In this document: in pieces, positions 16,965-31,327 of the stretch
How the letters are laid out: each line of letters opens with the position of its first letter
Numbering within the stretch: position 1 is the first letter of the stretch
Source: Eledone cirrhosa
Taxonomy: Eukaryota
Direction: 5' to 3'
Assembly: GCA_964016885.1 (NCBI GenBank)
Contig: OZ024753.1
Coordinates: 1,488,001-1,552,000, forward strand
DNA length: 64,000 nt
Notes under the pieces: model-generated
Database searches by the model: none
Told to the model about the DNA's origin: nothing
What the model saw: only the letters and a program-made list of their open reading frames with translations
Position numbers and translations under genes: made by a program

Positions 16965-18032
16965 TCGACAGGTTTGCGGTCGTTCCCCTGGCAATAGAAA
17001 CTTCTGGTGTCCTAGACCCCAGGGCTACCTCTTTACTCACCACCATAGGTGCTGAGCTGGCCAGCCGCAGGTGTGAGCCCCGCAAGTTGGAGTGGCTTTT
17101 CCAGCGCGTCTCCCTTGCCGTCCTCCGGGGAAACGCTTTCTCCCTTCTGTCAGCCGGTGGGCCCCATCGCGTACCAATACATTAGTTTTATGTACATATA
17201 TATATGCTAGCGATAAACGTAATTAGCATGATACTGCTCTCAATACCACAGTCACACACACCTTCACCACAAAGATATGGTCCGAACGTGGAAGAGCCGA
17301 ACTCCCACTGTCATCGCCTCCATCTCTCTCTCTCGCCCTCCCCATCTCTCTGTATAGTGAGCAAATGGGGTCTCACGTGCTGGCCTCCCCACAGCCCCGG
17401 CGGAAAGAATGGAGAAGGCGTTTCTCCGGAGGATTGTAAGGGAGATGCGCTGGAAGAGCCATTCCATCTCGCGAGGCTCACACCTGCGGCTGGCCAGCTC
17501 AGCGCCTAGGGTGGTGAATAGGGAGGGTAGCCCTAGGGCCAAGGACACCAGAAGTCTCCACTGCCAAGGGCACGACCGCGACATTATACCTGACCAGCAA
17601 ACTTTTGGAAAGGGCAAAGTTGAATAAATCAACTCCAGTATATGACTGGGACCTTATTTTAACGACCCCTGAATGATGAAAGGCATACTTGACATCTGTG
17701 GGATTTGAACGCAGAATATAAAAAGGCAGAACAAATACCACAATGGCATTGATATGACGCTCTACCAATCCACTATTTTTCCCACCACCACCCTAGGCGC
17801 TGAGCTGGCCAGCCGCAGGTGTGAGCCCCACAAGATGGAATGGCTCTTCCAGCGCATCTCCCTTACAATCCTCCGGGGAAACGCCTTCTCCATTCTGTCC
17901 GCCGGGGCTGTGGGACGGCCAGCACGTGGGACCCCATTTGCTCACTATACAGAGAGATGGGGAGGGCGAGAGAGAAGGGGGTCGATGACAGTGGGAGCTC
18001 GGCTCTTCCACGTTCGGACCATATCCCTGTGG
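16965..18032. mobile_element. Three 3' fragments (+,-,+) of a CRE-like restriction-endonuclease-type non-LTR retrotransposon, with a SINE between copies 2 and 3
   Basis: The C-terminal motif VVPLAIETSGVL.P.....IGAELASRRCEPR..EWLFQR.SL..LRGNAFS.L occurs at about 16965-17160 (+), 17267-17605 (-) and 17783-18032 (+). Confidence 0.75.
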
Positions 18033-18917
18033 TTGTGTTCATTATTTATAGTGGCAGTATCGGTAGAGGGTTGGACACCATGCTTTCCAGCATAGAGTTA
18101 CGGCCCTTGCCATTCAGAGTTCAAATCACTCCAAGGTTAACTTTGCCTTTCATCCTTACGGGGTCGATAAAATAAAGTACCAGTAATGCACTGGGTAATT
18201 GCTGGCCTTGTGCCAAAAGTTGAAACAATTATCTACAGAGATCATTCTATTTTACTTGTGTTCGTAACTTTACTTTTATCAGTTGACCCGTGTTATTGTT
18301 TAAAATTATTCTATTTCAGTGAATATTTGATTGGGTAGGTATTGATCTGATGTAGCCAGAATCAGATCTACCGTTTCTGGTCTTAACTGTTTTTGAGTCA
18401 TTATCTTTCATATTAATCCATTGCCTCTTTGTCAAGTCTTCCAATGATATTTACATTGATAATCTTTTTCGCTTAATTTCTGCTTCAGTATTTATTTAAT
18501 ATTTTTCTTTATCTGTTTGTTGTTTTGAATTTATAATCAATTTTGCAATATATATATGCATATATATATATATACACACATGTATATATATACACACATA
18601 AATATATACATGTATATACACACATATATATATATATATATATGTGGAGGCACGTGGCCTAGTGGTAACGGTGTTGGAATTACAATCGTGGGTTCGATTC
18701 GTGGGTTGTGTGTTGTGTTCTTGAGCAAAACACTTCATTTCACGTTGATCCAGTATACTCAGCTGAAAATAAGTACCAGCAATAGCTGGAGGTTTAACCC
18801 TGCGATGGACTAGGTGGGGGTGGGGCAGAGGCTAGTACTCTCAGTGTTTCTCGCCATGAAACCGGGATAAGCATCGGCCAAATGAGCCTTATGGCTTAAG
18901 ACAGACTTATCTCTCTC

Positions 18918-19222
18918 TCTATATATATATACATACATACACACACACATATATATATACATACATATACATACACACACACATATATATATATATATAT
19001 ACATATACATACACACACACATATATATATATATACATATACATACACACATATATATATATACATATACATACACACATATATATATATACATATACAT
19101 ACACACATATATATATATACATATACATACACACATATATATATATATACATATACATACACATATATATATATATATACATATACATACACACACACAT
19201 ATATATATATATACATATACAT

Positions 19223-19263
<41 letters not shown>

Positions 19264-19463
19264 TATATATATATACACACACACACACATATATATATGT
19301 GTATATATATATATATATAAGCCACCAGTATTGATGTAAAAGACTAATTGTCAACAATATCTTTTGCATTTATATTCTATATCCATACCTGAATTGTTTT
19401 GGCTTTACAAATACAAACGTTTATACCTCCTTACACAATGCTTCAAGTGAACTATAACTTCCT

Positions 19464-19504
<41 letters not shown>

Positions 19505-21127
19505 ATACTGGTAGCTTAGTTCGGATCTAGCTGTCGAAACGGTCAGTCCATCGCAGGGTTATTATACTGAATTACAAATATAAATAATAACATAACAACA
19601 GTAGTTACACGTGTTTATTAAAAAGATATACACACATCCAGTAAATAAATGGTTATATATTCAGTAGAGACAAAAATACAACAGTTTCACTAAATTTGTC
19701 CGACGACCGCTCGGATTTGAAACCAACAACCACAATAACTATAGGTTTTTTTTTCTACTTGAGAATCTTATAGTTTTTATATATATATATATATACACAC
19801 ATATATATATATATATACAGATATATATATATACACACACACATATATATATATATACACACACATATATATATATATACACACACATATATATATATAT
19901 ACACACACATATATATATATACACACATATATATATATATACACACATATATATATATATATACACACATATATATATATATACACATATATATATATAT
20001 ACACATATATATATATACACACATATATATATACACACATATATATATATACACACACATATATATATACACACATATATATACACACACACATATATAC
20101 ACACACACATATATATACACACACACATATATATACACACACATATATATATACACACACATATATATATACACACACATATATATATACACACACATAT
20201 ATATATACACACACACATACATATACACACACACATACACATACACACACACATATACATATACACACACATATACATATACACACATATATACATATAC
20301 ACACATATATACATATACACACATATATACATATACACATATACACACATATATACATATACACACATATATACATATACACACATATATACATATACAC
20401 ACATACATATACACACACATATATATACATACACACATATATACACATACACATATATATACACATACACATATATATACACATACACATATATATATAT
20501 ACATACACATATATATATATACATACACATATATATACATACACATATACATACATACACATATACATACATACATATATACATACATACACATATATAT
20601 ACATACATACACATATATATACATACATACACATATATATACATACATACACATATATATACATACATACACATATATATACATACATACACATATATAT
20701 ACATACATACACATATATATACATACATACACATATATATACATACATACACATATATATACATACATACACATATATATACATACATACACATATATAT
20801 ACATACATACACATATATATACATACATACACATATATATACATACATACACATATATACGCACATATATATATACCTATATATATATATACGCACATAT
20901 ATATACACATATATATGCATATACATTGATATATACATATACATATATATACACATACATTGATATGTGCATATACATATACACATACATAAATATACAT
21001 ATATATACACATACATCTATATATATATACACATACATAAATATACATATATATACACATACATAAATATACATATATATACACATACATAAATATACAT
21101 ATACATATATATACACATACATCTATC

Positions 21128-21160
<33 letters not shown>
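18918..21160. repeat. Compound TA/CA microsatellite arrays
   Basis: Includes a 20-bp unit acatacatacacatatatat (20580-20850). Interrupted by unique cassettes at 19320-19775. Confidence 0.95.
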
Positions 21161-21161
<1 letters not shown>

Positions 21162-21299
21162 TATTCTTTTATATTTTCTCTGTATTTCCTTGTTATTCAC
21201 CTCCTCTCTGCTGCGCAGATATACATCTCATTAAATTATTATTATTTTTATATGAATTGAACAAAAAACTAGAACAATCACCATTATGAAGTCTGCTCT

Positions 21300-21972
21300 T
21301 CCCTTTTTGTAACAAAACAACAAAAAATGATCCATTTCTTGATCGTATTGAGAAGTGCGATGAAAAGTGTCTCCTTTACAACGACCGACGACATTCAGCA
21401 CAGTAACTGGACCAAGTTGAAGCTTCTAATCATTCCCCAGAGCCGAAGATGCACCAAAAGACAACCATGTGACCGTTTGGTGGTCCGCAGCGGCGGGATT
21501 AATCCACTATATTTTTCTGGATCCTGGCAAAGTAACCACAACGAAGAGGAACTGTCACGAAATCGATGAAATGCATAAAAAATTGCAACGTATGTATCCA
21601 ACATTGGTTAATAGAAAAGGCCCAATCCTCTTGCACAACCAATACTCCAGACATTGAACGAATTGGGCTACAAATATGTGGCTCAGTCAGCATTCTGACC
21701 GGATCTTTCTCTCAACCGAAGGCCTTTCAGCAATTTCTTACAACGAAAAGTCTTCAACAACCAAGTAGCCGCAAAAAATGTCTTCTAAAAATTCATCGCC
21801 TCCAGAACTCCACAAATCTATGTCACCGGAAGAAACAAATTTGTATCTTATTAACAAAAATGTGTAGATTCTAGTGGTTTGTATTTCGACTAATAAAGTT
21901 TCTTCTGAACTGAGATATGTCGTTTTAATGAAAATGCTTGAAAACCTTCACTAATACCTGAACAATCTGATA
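21300..21972 (+). mobile_element. Decayed mariner transposase (SETMAR/Hsmar1-like) 3' half
   Basis: Frameshifted PFLDRI..CDEK..LY, TVWWSAAAGLIHY.FL.PG and EIDEMHKKLQRMYPTLVNRKGPILLHN motifs. Confidence 0.85.
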
Positions 21973-22619
21973 CCAGTTTAGTACTGGGGATCATTTCTTT
22001 CTCTATAAATATTTCTCCCTTCCTCTCTACCACTTTCTTTCATTCTCTAGAAGAAATCAGCTGTGTTCAGACGAGGAGAGGGATGGGCTATGCCAAGTTC
22101 AAAATACAAAAGACCTTCCGTATGTCCATACAGTGCTTCTATATTATTCTATATCATGTGAAAGATCAGATCGGAACAATCAAATTTGTCCCATCTACCT
22201 CTTTATAGTATATAGACGTATCCCACAACCGGTTTAAACGGACTCTGCTTCTTTACATAAATGATATAGTATTGTCCCGTAACTCCTGACGGAGTCGTTG
22301 GCGCGCTCTATTGGCAAACAGCGTTTGTAGCGCATTTTAAGCCAGACAGAGCCTAACCCTCTTCAGGCCTGTGTATAGCAAATTTCTTCTAGAGAAGGAT
22401 AGAAAGTGAGAGAAAGAATGTGAGAAAGAGATCTAGGGGAAGAGTCGACCCCAGTACTAGACTGGTACTCTTTTATTAACCTCAAAGAATGAAAGTTAAC
22501 CTGGGCGAGATTTGAACTCAGAGAACCGGAAAGAATACCACAAAACATTCTATCCGACATTCTAACGACTGTCAATTCGCCGCCTTCTTTACATAAATAT
22601 ATATCAAAGTAAATAAATA

Positions 22620-22703
<84 letters not shown>

Positions 22704-24085
22704 AAGGCAGATAAGATCTTTTGTTACCAACCCAATCAATAGCGGCTCTGGTGTCATGAAAGAAAACCATTCATTTGACAGGATTCCTATTTGAATTAAA
22801 ATCTTCCAGCATAATATTATATAAGAACCATATGATAAATTACCACGTTAATAATGAAATAATTAATGATTTTAGTAAATGTTATCAAATTCCTTCTTCA
22901 TTAATTAATTGCAATAAAATGAAATTTAATTTGTAATACAGCCATGAAAGGGTCAAAGTATTTGCAGAGTGATAACAGTTGCTAATGGAAACGCGCGATC
23001 TTAGCGCTTTTCTAGAAATCTAGTGTTCTTGTAAAATGAATCTGGATATCGAAACTGTCACACACACAGATATAGATACACACACACATATATATATATA
23101 TATATATGTGTGTGTGTTATTATGTGAGTAACTTGTGGTTACTAGCGGCGACGCTGGTCGAAGCACTCGATGCTGTTACGGCATCCATCCCTCGCTGAGC
23201 TGTGCTCCAGATTTAATGCGGCCGTAGTTTTCAGTGTGTGTGCGTGTGTGTGTCACATACATAAACACACACACACACATATGCTTTCTCTCTTTCCCCC
23301 ACACACATACACACATTTATGTTAATTTCTTTCTCAATGTTGAAAAGCCATATAATTCAAGTGGTGAAGAAAAATGAAATTTAGTTGTGTGATTAAGATG
23401 TCTTCTTCACCACTATGCTGTTTCATTCTTGACCAAGTGTATTCTACAATAGCTTCTAACTGACCAAATCCTTATCAAAGAAATTTGGCAGACGGAAACA
23501 TTGGAAGCCCGCCGAAGGGACTGTTCCAGTCTAGAGCGGTAGACTTCATCTGTAACTCGGTAGAAGGAAGCTACATGGCTCTTGGGTTGTTTTAGTGGAG
23601 GTTTACTCTGTTACAATCATTTAGATGAGATCTTTGAACTGAGGGTAGCTTCCTCCGACTAAGTCATGAGTTGTTGTACAAAAATAAATTGTCTTCAAAC
23701 GGGAATCGAAGTCATTACATCATAATTTAAGATTTCTCTCTCATTGTCTGCCAGCCTGTCTCTATATCTCTGTCTTTCTCTTTGTCTCTGACTGTCTGGG
23801 TCTCTCTGTATCTCTATATCTGTCTTTGTTTGTATGTCTCTTTCTGTGTTTCTGTCTTTGTATCTTGTCTCTCTGTATCTGTCCGTTTTTCTTTGTCTCT
23901 TTGCCTCTCTCTCTTTCTCTCACACACACACACACACACACACACACTAGAAAGCTGGATATTTGTTACAATATGAAAATAACAAAACAAAACAAAAACA
24001 AAAAAATAAAACAAAAACTCTGAAATGAAATGAAAATGCAATCAAAAGGAACCCAAAGTTAGGATCCAGGAGTGAGAAATGTCCG

Positions 24086-24797
24086 TCACACCTCCGTTGT
24101 AGCAGACCTGAGACTTGTAAGACGCCACATGCGTGAATTTGTTGAGGTAGCTGTTGTGTGCCGACTTTTCTCTTCATGACGGCATAGTATAGCGTTAAAA
24201 CGTCGCCGGAAGTTCTGACTGAAGATACTATACAGTATCGGGTTAGCGGACGAATTGACGTAAGCAATGACTATGGCAAGAACGTGATAAGACCAGTGAT
24301 CTGTAAACGCATGAGGAGATATCATTTTGTAGAACAGCATAATTTCAATGGGCGAGTAACTGATAAAATAGACCAATACGCTTATGATAAGCATTTTCAC
24401 AACACCTTTACGAGCTTGAAGAGCGTCGGAAGAGCGTTCGGTTCGATTCCCAGTCTCCGTCCAAGTCATTACAACAGGCCTGTGTAGATGTTCACTACCA
24501 AGAAACAATTGTTTAGTAATGATACAATAAAGAACCATTTGCAAAAGCAAGGGAGCGAAATAATACAAGAAGAACTCTCCAAATTTGTATATCATGAAGT
24601 AGAGTATGGAGTTTGTAGGAAATTTCATGCGACAAAATCCAATAGAATTCTTTGATTCATCAGGTGTCACTGTATTGAAAAGAAGTGGCGGTAAACCAGT
24701 CACCAACGATATGAACCACACTATACATATCACACAGATGATGCGCCTCCGGTTACAGACAATATGTGCTTCAAATGGATGGATGATTCCAATGTAC
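24086..24797 (-). CDS. Terminal coding exon (end of TM3 to C-terminus) of a rhodopsin-like class A neuropeptide-type GPCR
   Basis: Pyrimidine tract plus AG acceptor at 24798-24799, apparently splitting the (D/E)RY codon. It reads R|YIGIIHPF, then TM4 W..S....P, an ECL2 Cys, TM5 YFAPL, ARKGVVKML, TM6 FISYSP, TM7 NSSANPILY and helix 8 SQNFRRRF, with TGA at 24086-24088. Confidence 0.93.
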
Positions 24798-24963
24798 CTA
24801 AAACAAAGAGAAAGAGTGAGAGACAGAATTAAGTTAAAAGAAATAACATTGTAATAGGAAAAGTAATAGCTTGACAGAGGCGGCGAATTGGTTCTAATCT
24901 CACAGAGGTCAACAAAAACATTACCAGTCTAGTTGTGGGGTAGATTCGACACCACCCCGCTCG

Positions 24964-24997
<34 letters not shown>

Positions 24998-25486
24998 AAA
25001 GTTATTCCGGGTTGAATCGGATGTAACAACAGTAAGTAAGGTACTCAATACATAGCAGAGTATAAAAGTTTTAATATAGAAGAGATTCTACATGACTAGA
25101 ACTGTTTCTCACGAATGAAACAGTTTTAGTCCTGTAGAAGCTCTTCTATATATATATATACATAAATACATATATACGAACTCCCTCTTCCACCAATGGC
25201 CAGCCAACACAAGCTGGAGAAAGAATGTGTAGCAACAAGGGCGGTGCCCCAGCATAGCCTCAGCCGGATGGCTAGATCAGGTAAAAGAGTAAAAAGAACA
25301 TTACACACACACATATATATATATATACTTATAAAAAGAGGAAAGCAAGAACGGGAGAAAAGTTTCCTTCATCAGTTGTCTGCTGGGGGTCAACGCATTA
25401 AAGACAATAGGGCGTCGATAATTCAAGGAAGTTATTGGGAAAAAAAGGGAAAGAAAGGGAAAGAGACAGAAGGGAAGAGGGCAGAA

Positions 25487-25765
25487 AAAGTGAAAAAAAA
25501 AAAGTGAAAAAAATAAAGTGAAAAAAATAAAGTGAAAAAAAAAGTGAAAAAAAAAAGTGAAAAAAAGTGAAAAAAAAAGTAAAAAAAAAAGTGAAAAAAA
25601 AGGTGAAAAAAAAAGTGAAAAAAAAAGTGAAAAAAAAAGTGAAAAAAAAAAGTGAAAAAAAAAGTGAAAAAAAAGGTGAAAAAAAAAGTGAAAAAAAAAG
25701 TGAAAAAAAAAAGTGAAAAAAAAAGTGAAAAAAAAGTGAAAAAAAACTGAAAAAGTGAAAAAAAG
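25487..25765. repeat. (GTG-An) tandem repeat
   Basis: About 23 units of gtgaaaaaaaa. Confidence 0.95.
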
Positions 25766-27867
25766 CGAAAAAAAACAAAACGGGAAGCAACAAACAGGAA
25801 AGGGACACATACAGCATCATGAAAAACGACAACGATTTTTTTTTATAAACTTTTACTCAAAGTTAGTGTATGTTGACCTTCAGTTATTTTTTTGAGTTTA
25901 AACAATGTTTTTTTAATGCTTTTTCAAGGAATGCAAGAAAAATATTTAATTTATAAAGAAATTATATCTTAATTAATCCATTATTTTAAGTTCACTGATG
26001 GCGGTGGATGAGCAGAACTGTTAGAGCGTCGGACAACATGCTTAGTGGCATAGAGTTACATCGCAACACGGATCAACACGTTAGAAATTAGCACGAAAGA
26101 AAACTGACAAAAATTAAACTAGAACAACAACACAACCACATGAACAACAACCAAATATATTAATGGAAAGAAATTAATCACTAAAAAATCAGTGAAAATT
26201 ATTAATTAAGAAACATTGTTGAAGTATTTTTCTCCACTTTCTTTCGGGTCTCTTTCAACATTCTATTATGACATTTTCTTTTAAAATTTACTAATTTAGC
26301 TTTATATAATTATTCATTATTTAAAAAAAATTATACCCTTAACGAAAGTTTTCAATGACTAATTGTATTTTGGACTTGAAATTTAGCTTTCTGATTAACT
26401 TTACGACTATAATGTTTATAAGAAATTACGCAAAACATTCAATAATATTCTTTTTTTAATGGCTTCCAATTACGAGAAATATGGCGGCAAATTGGCTGAG
26501 CTATTAGAGAATTGCAGAGAACGCATAGCAGTGTTTGCTTTCGCTTTCATCATCTAGTGGTCGATAAAATAAAACACCAAAACAGTACTGAGGTCGATTC
26601 TTGTCCGTCACTGATTGTTTTTCTTTATTTGTCCTTCTCTCTGTTTCGGCTACGTTGCGCCGTGAGAAGAATCGTGGCATACACTTTACTGCATCCTGTC
26701 CTCCAGAAATGAAGAAAGTTTGAGTGTTTGGCAGCTTCGTCTAAAGAAATCTCATATGTTTCAGAAAGATAAATGAACACGTTAGATAGATTCGACCCAT
26801 TGTCCACTATTTAAAGATCTAGTTAAGCGATTAACGTATTTACTTATATTTGGTTTGAATATTTCCATTTAACACAGTTTTATCTGAGCTTCTGACAAAA
26901 GTTTATTAATGTTTGTTTTATCTCCTTATGTTCTGAGCTACAATCCCACCGAAGTCTATTTCCCTTTCACCCTTCTGAGGTCGATAAAATAAAGTACCAG
27001 TAGAGTACTGGATCGATATAATTGACTTTCTCCTTCCTACCAAAATTGTTAGCTTTGTGCCTAACACTTGTAGCGTTTTGGGAGATTTCCTGAGTAGCTG
27101 AGTCTAGGTAGAGGCATATGGATGGGTGTATATATATGTATATATATATATATATATATACATATACGCATACATATACATATATATATATACATATATA
27201 CACCCATCCATATGCCTGCGAGAGAGAGCGAGAGAGAGCGAGAGCGAGAGAATCGACTGGTCTGAAAACTATATTTTATCCTCAAAAGGATGAAAGGCAA
27301 AGTTGATCTCAGCGGGATTTGAAGACGGAGAGGAAAGAGAGACGGAGCGGATATCACAAAACATTCTACCAGACGTTTTAACAAGTCTGCTAATATGTCG
27401 CCTTTGAATAAATAAACAATCAAACAAACAAATAAATAAGTGGTAGAATGTTGAAGAAGATAAGAGAAGAGCAAGGTTTAGATGTAAATCCTGGTCTGAA
27501 TTCTTCGACTAGAGAACATTCCTCTTTGATATCTTGGACTTGGAATTAAACTGTGCTAACTTTTTAATCCTTCTTTCTCTTTTCTTTCCATCTTACTTTC
27601 TTTCTTTCTCTCGTTCCTCTACTACTACTTCTTACTTTTCTCAAAATAAAGAGAGGAAAGAAATAAAGAGAGAAAGAAAGGAAGGAAAAAAAGAAGAAAG
27701 GAGCGAAAAAATAAACGTTGAATAATCAGGTTTAAAAAAACCCTTCTTCACAAAACCAACATCAACCCCCTCCCAACCACCAAGAAAAATACTCCGTGAA
27801 ACAAAAGCAAAACTAGTGCAGACATTGAGGAAGCGTAATCTGGTTTAGATGAATGGTCTAGGATTAC

Positions 27868-27870
<3 letters not shown>

Positions 27871-27937
<67 letters not shown>

Positions 27938-28030
27938 GTGAGTGAGTGAGTGAGTGAGTGAGTGAGTGAGTGAGTGAGTGAGTGAGTGAGAGAGAGAGAG
28001 TGAGTGAGTGAGAGAAAGAGAGAGAGAGAA

Positions 28031-28095
<65 letters not shown>

Positions 28096-28200
28096 AAGAA
28101 AGAAATAGGGAAAGAGAGAGAAAGGGAAAGAGAGAGAAAGGGAAAGAGAGAGAAAGAGAGAGAAAGGGAAAGAGAGGGAAAGAAAGAGAAAGAGAGAGAA
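27871..28200. repeat. GA/GAGT purine-rich repeat
   Basis: Direct inspection. Confidence 0.95.
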
Positions 28201-28553
28201 AGTGTGTGTTTTACGTTTCAGAGAGTATCCAATGAAGCAGAGAAACTCCGAATGATACATTAATACAATGATCTCATCTAAGTCATTTCTGCATGAGAAC
28301 AACTTTAGTATCAGCCCTACTTTTGCTATTTTCCACGCTAGAATCATCTTATTCATTTACACATCCTTTTCTGCTCTTCTCCCCGTACACTATACTCGAT
28401 CTGGGCCAATCATCTGTCGGCCCCCAGAGAGCATATTTAATTAGTTTAGAAGTTATTTATTCTATCGCTGTATAAATGGACTGGCATTGATAGATGAGAT
28501 GAAATAACAAAAAGATTTTGTCTCTATCGTCATGTATTACTCTTCATTTATTT

Positions 28554-28603
<50 letters not shown>

Positions 28604-30111
28604 CTACTCCTACTAGTGTTTTTGATTTGGTTGGTTAGCTGTGGTTCTTGTAAAAGCAGCAGAAAATAAATGGTAAGAACGTGTACATTAAACGCATTTT
28701 GAAATGATTCTGGTGTCGACAACATCATCCAGATGACCAAGTGTTCGATCATGTTTTTCAGAATTTAATGTTGACAAGACTCCCTATTTAGTCTTAATAA
28801 AATGAATATTTAAACTCTACTTAAACTCTTATATCTTGGCCATCAACTACACACACAGACACACACACATAGTGGATCAACTAGAATTTTGAAATATGCC
28901 TTCAATAAACCCCAATAAAAACTATTATCGTAGGTTTTAGGTAAATAAATATATTAAAAATATTCTCTTTACACTATGCTTAACTAGATATAAATAAAAT
29001 AACTGCATATCTTAAAGACTTTGATAACATACGAGAGAATTTATCTTTATTTAAAAAATATATATAGTTTTTTAAAGAATATATATACCGAGGGATATAA
29101 GTACAAGCATGGGAATTCGTTTATGTTTTTTGAATACGCATTTATATAGATCTATACAAATATAAATACATAAATTCAATCCAATAAATAGATTCACACT
29201 CAATACTTCTTAAATGGAAACAGAAATATATTTTTCTTACAGAAATAAGGGGAACATTTTTCGTTCTTTCTTTAAATAATTAGAAAACAATAACAAAGCA
29301 AATTATGAAAATAAAAATACAGTAAATAATGATAATTTTTGGCAAAACATCGACTTACTCACTAGGAAAAATAAGTTATTTTATTTAAATTTCGAGGTTA
29401 AACCTCATTTAAATCTTATTTGTTCCATAATATTCTCCTGAAGATATACGGTTTGTATGCAACACGTATGATATAGATAATTTTAAATTAATAATTTCCA
29501 GTTGCTCTGCAAATGAATGAATGTGATATTGTAGCCGTATTGAAACGTGCGTAGTAATGAAAGAATAAATAATAATTTCATATTCTTGACTTTAAAAAAT
29601 TGTATATATATATTGACGCGTTCCACCCCACTCGTTATGCGAATGAGGTCTGGGATCCTGTCGATCGATTCCCTTTACTACCCAGTTTATTTGGAAAATA
29701 AACCCTCTTCCCCCGATCGCATTTGTTTTCGAATACATTTACTTGAATTCATTTTTACATCCATTTTAATTAAAAAGTATCCATGGAGTTTAAAGCCATG
29801 ACATTATTGTCATAGCTTTAAAGTTCATATATATACTTTTTAGTCAACATTTTATCTAGGTCATCATATGAATAACTTTTAATTTATATGTGAATCGCCG
29901 CCAATTTTGACGGCACCATCAAGATCGAACCCTGAACTAATCGATAACGAAACAATTGTCATATGTAATATAGGTTGCACAATAAATGAGCTTTATTATA
30001 TATGACAATTGTTTCGATATCGATTACTTTAGGGTTAGATCTTGATGGTGCCGATCTTGATGTATATATATAATTATTTATATATAATTATTTATATATG
30101 TATGTGTATAC

Positions 30112-30163
<52 letters not shown>

Positions 30164-30282
30164 TAAAAAACAAAAAAAACAAAAACAATAACAAAGAATG
30201 CAGTACGAACAATGTGGTATTAGGTTCACGCTTGAGAGTGGGCGGTGGTGGACGACGTTTCGGGCATATACATATATATATA

Positions 30283-30321
<39 letters not shown>

Positions 30322-30720
30322 TATAATTATTTATATATGTATGTAGGTATATATCTGTGAGTGTGTATATCAATGCTTTAGAAAGCTGCTACCATATAAA
30401 ATAGAAATAAAAGAATGAAAACAAAAAAGGTTTAAATTCTATCCTAATATTACGATAGATTAAGGTTTTAAAATACCGTATCAAGAGATAATGCAAACTA
30501 AGCTAATCTCTGATCTACAAAGATATCTTTGCAGATCAAAGATTAGCTTAGTTCATATTTTCTTTTGATGAGATATTTTGAAAACCAAATCTATCCTGAT
30601 ATTAGGATAAAATATAAACCTCTATTGCTTAGTTATATTTTTCGTTTTGATTCCATTATTTCAAACCTACATTGTAGTGGCTTTCTAAAGTAGATACCCA
30701 ACCTCACACCTACCCCTCCC

Positions 30721-30754
<34 letters not shown>

Positions 30755-30840
30755 ATAATAATAAATTTGAAGACTAAAATCCAAAGAGGGCTCGATAAGG
30801 ATAAATATATATAAAATATATAAGAACCGTAGAGCAAATA

Positions 30841-31121
30841 TTTATTAAAATAAGAGATTAAAGTTTAAGCAAAGAATCGTTGCTTTAACCATTAACGGGA
30901 TCTTCTGAAACTAACAAAGTCAATCTGTAAACGCAGAAGTGGATTCCCGTTCTTTGCCAGGGAACGTTTCCACGAACCAAAGTATCGTCTTCCTCCGGTT
31001 GCAACGTTTTTTGAAATAGCCACTTCTGCGTTTACAGATTCACTTTGTTAGTTTCAGAAGATCTCGTTAAGGGTGAAAGCAGCGATTCTTTGCTTAAACT
31101 TTAATCTGTTATTTTAATAAA
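30841..31121. repeat. Inverted-repeat element with about 100-bp arms
   Basis: Arms 30841-30942 / 31020-31121. A shorter copy of the same family lies at 2489-2578. Confidence 0.85.
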
Positions 31122-31287
31122 TATATATATATATATATATAAATATCGTATGTTTAGAAAACGTTGAGCGGAATTTGAAAATAGAATTATAAGATTTCGC
31201 CGTACGTTTGACTAAATAATATAGTCTTATAATAAAGTTCAGTGGTTTTATGCACCTCGTTATCATTACACTATTCTATTTAGTCAA

Positions 31288-31327
<40 letters not shown>

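Noticed and set aside
25487-25765. CRISPR-like or telomere-like array
   Set aside because: Simple GTG-An units with no unique spacers; not a known telomeric motif.
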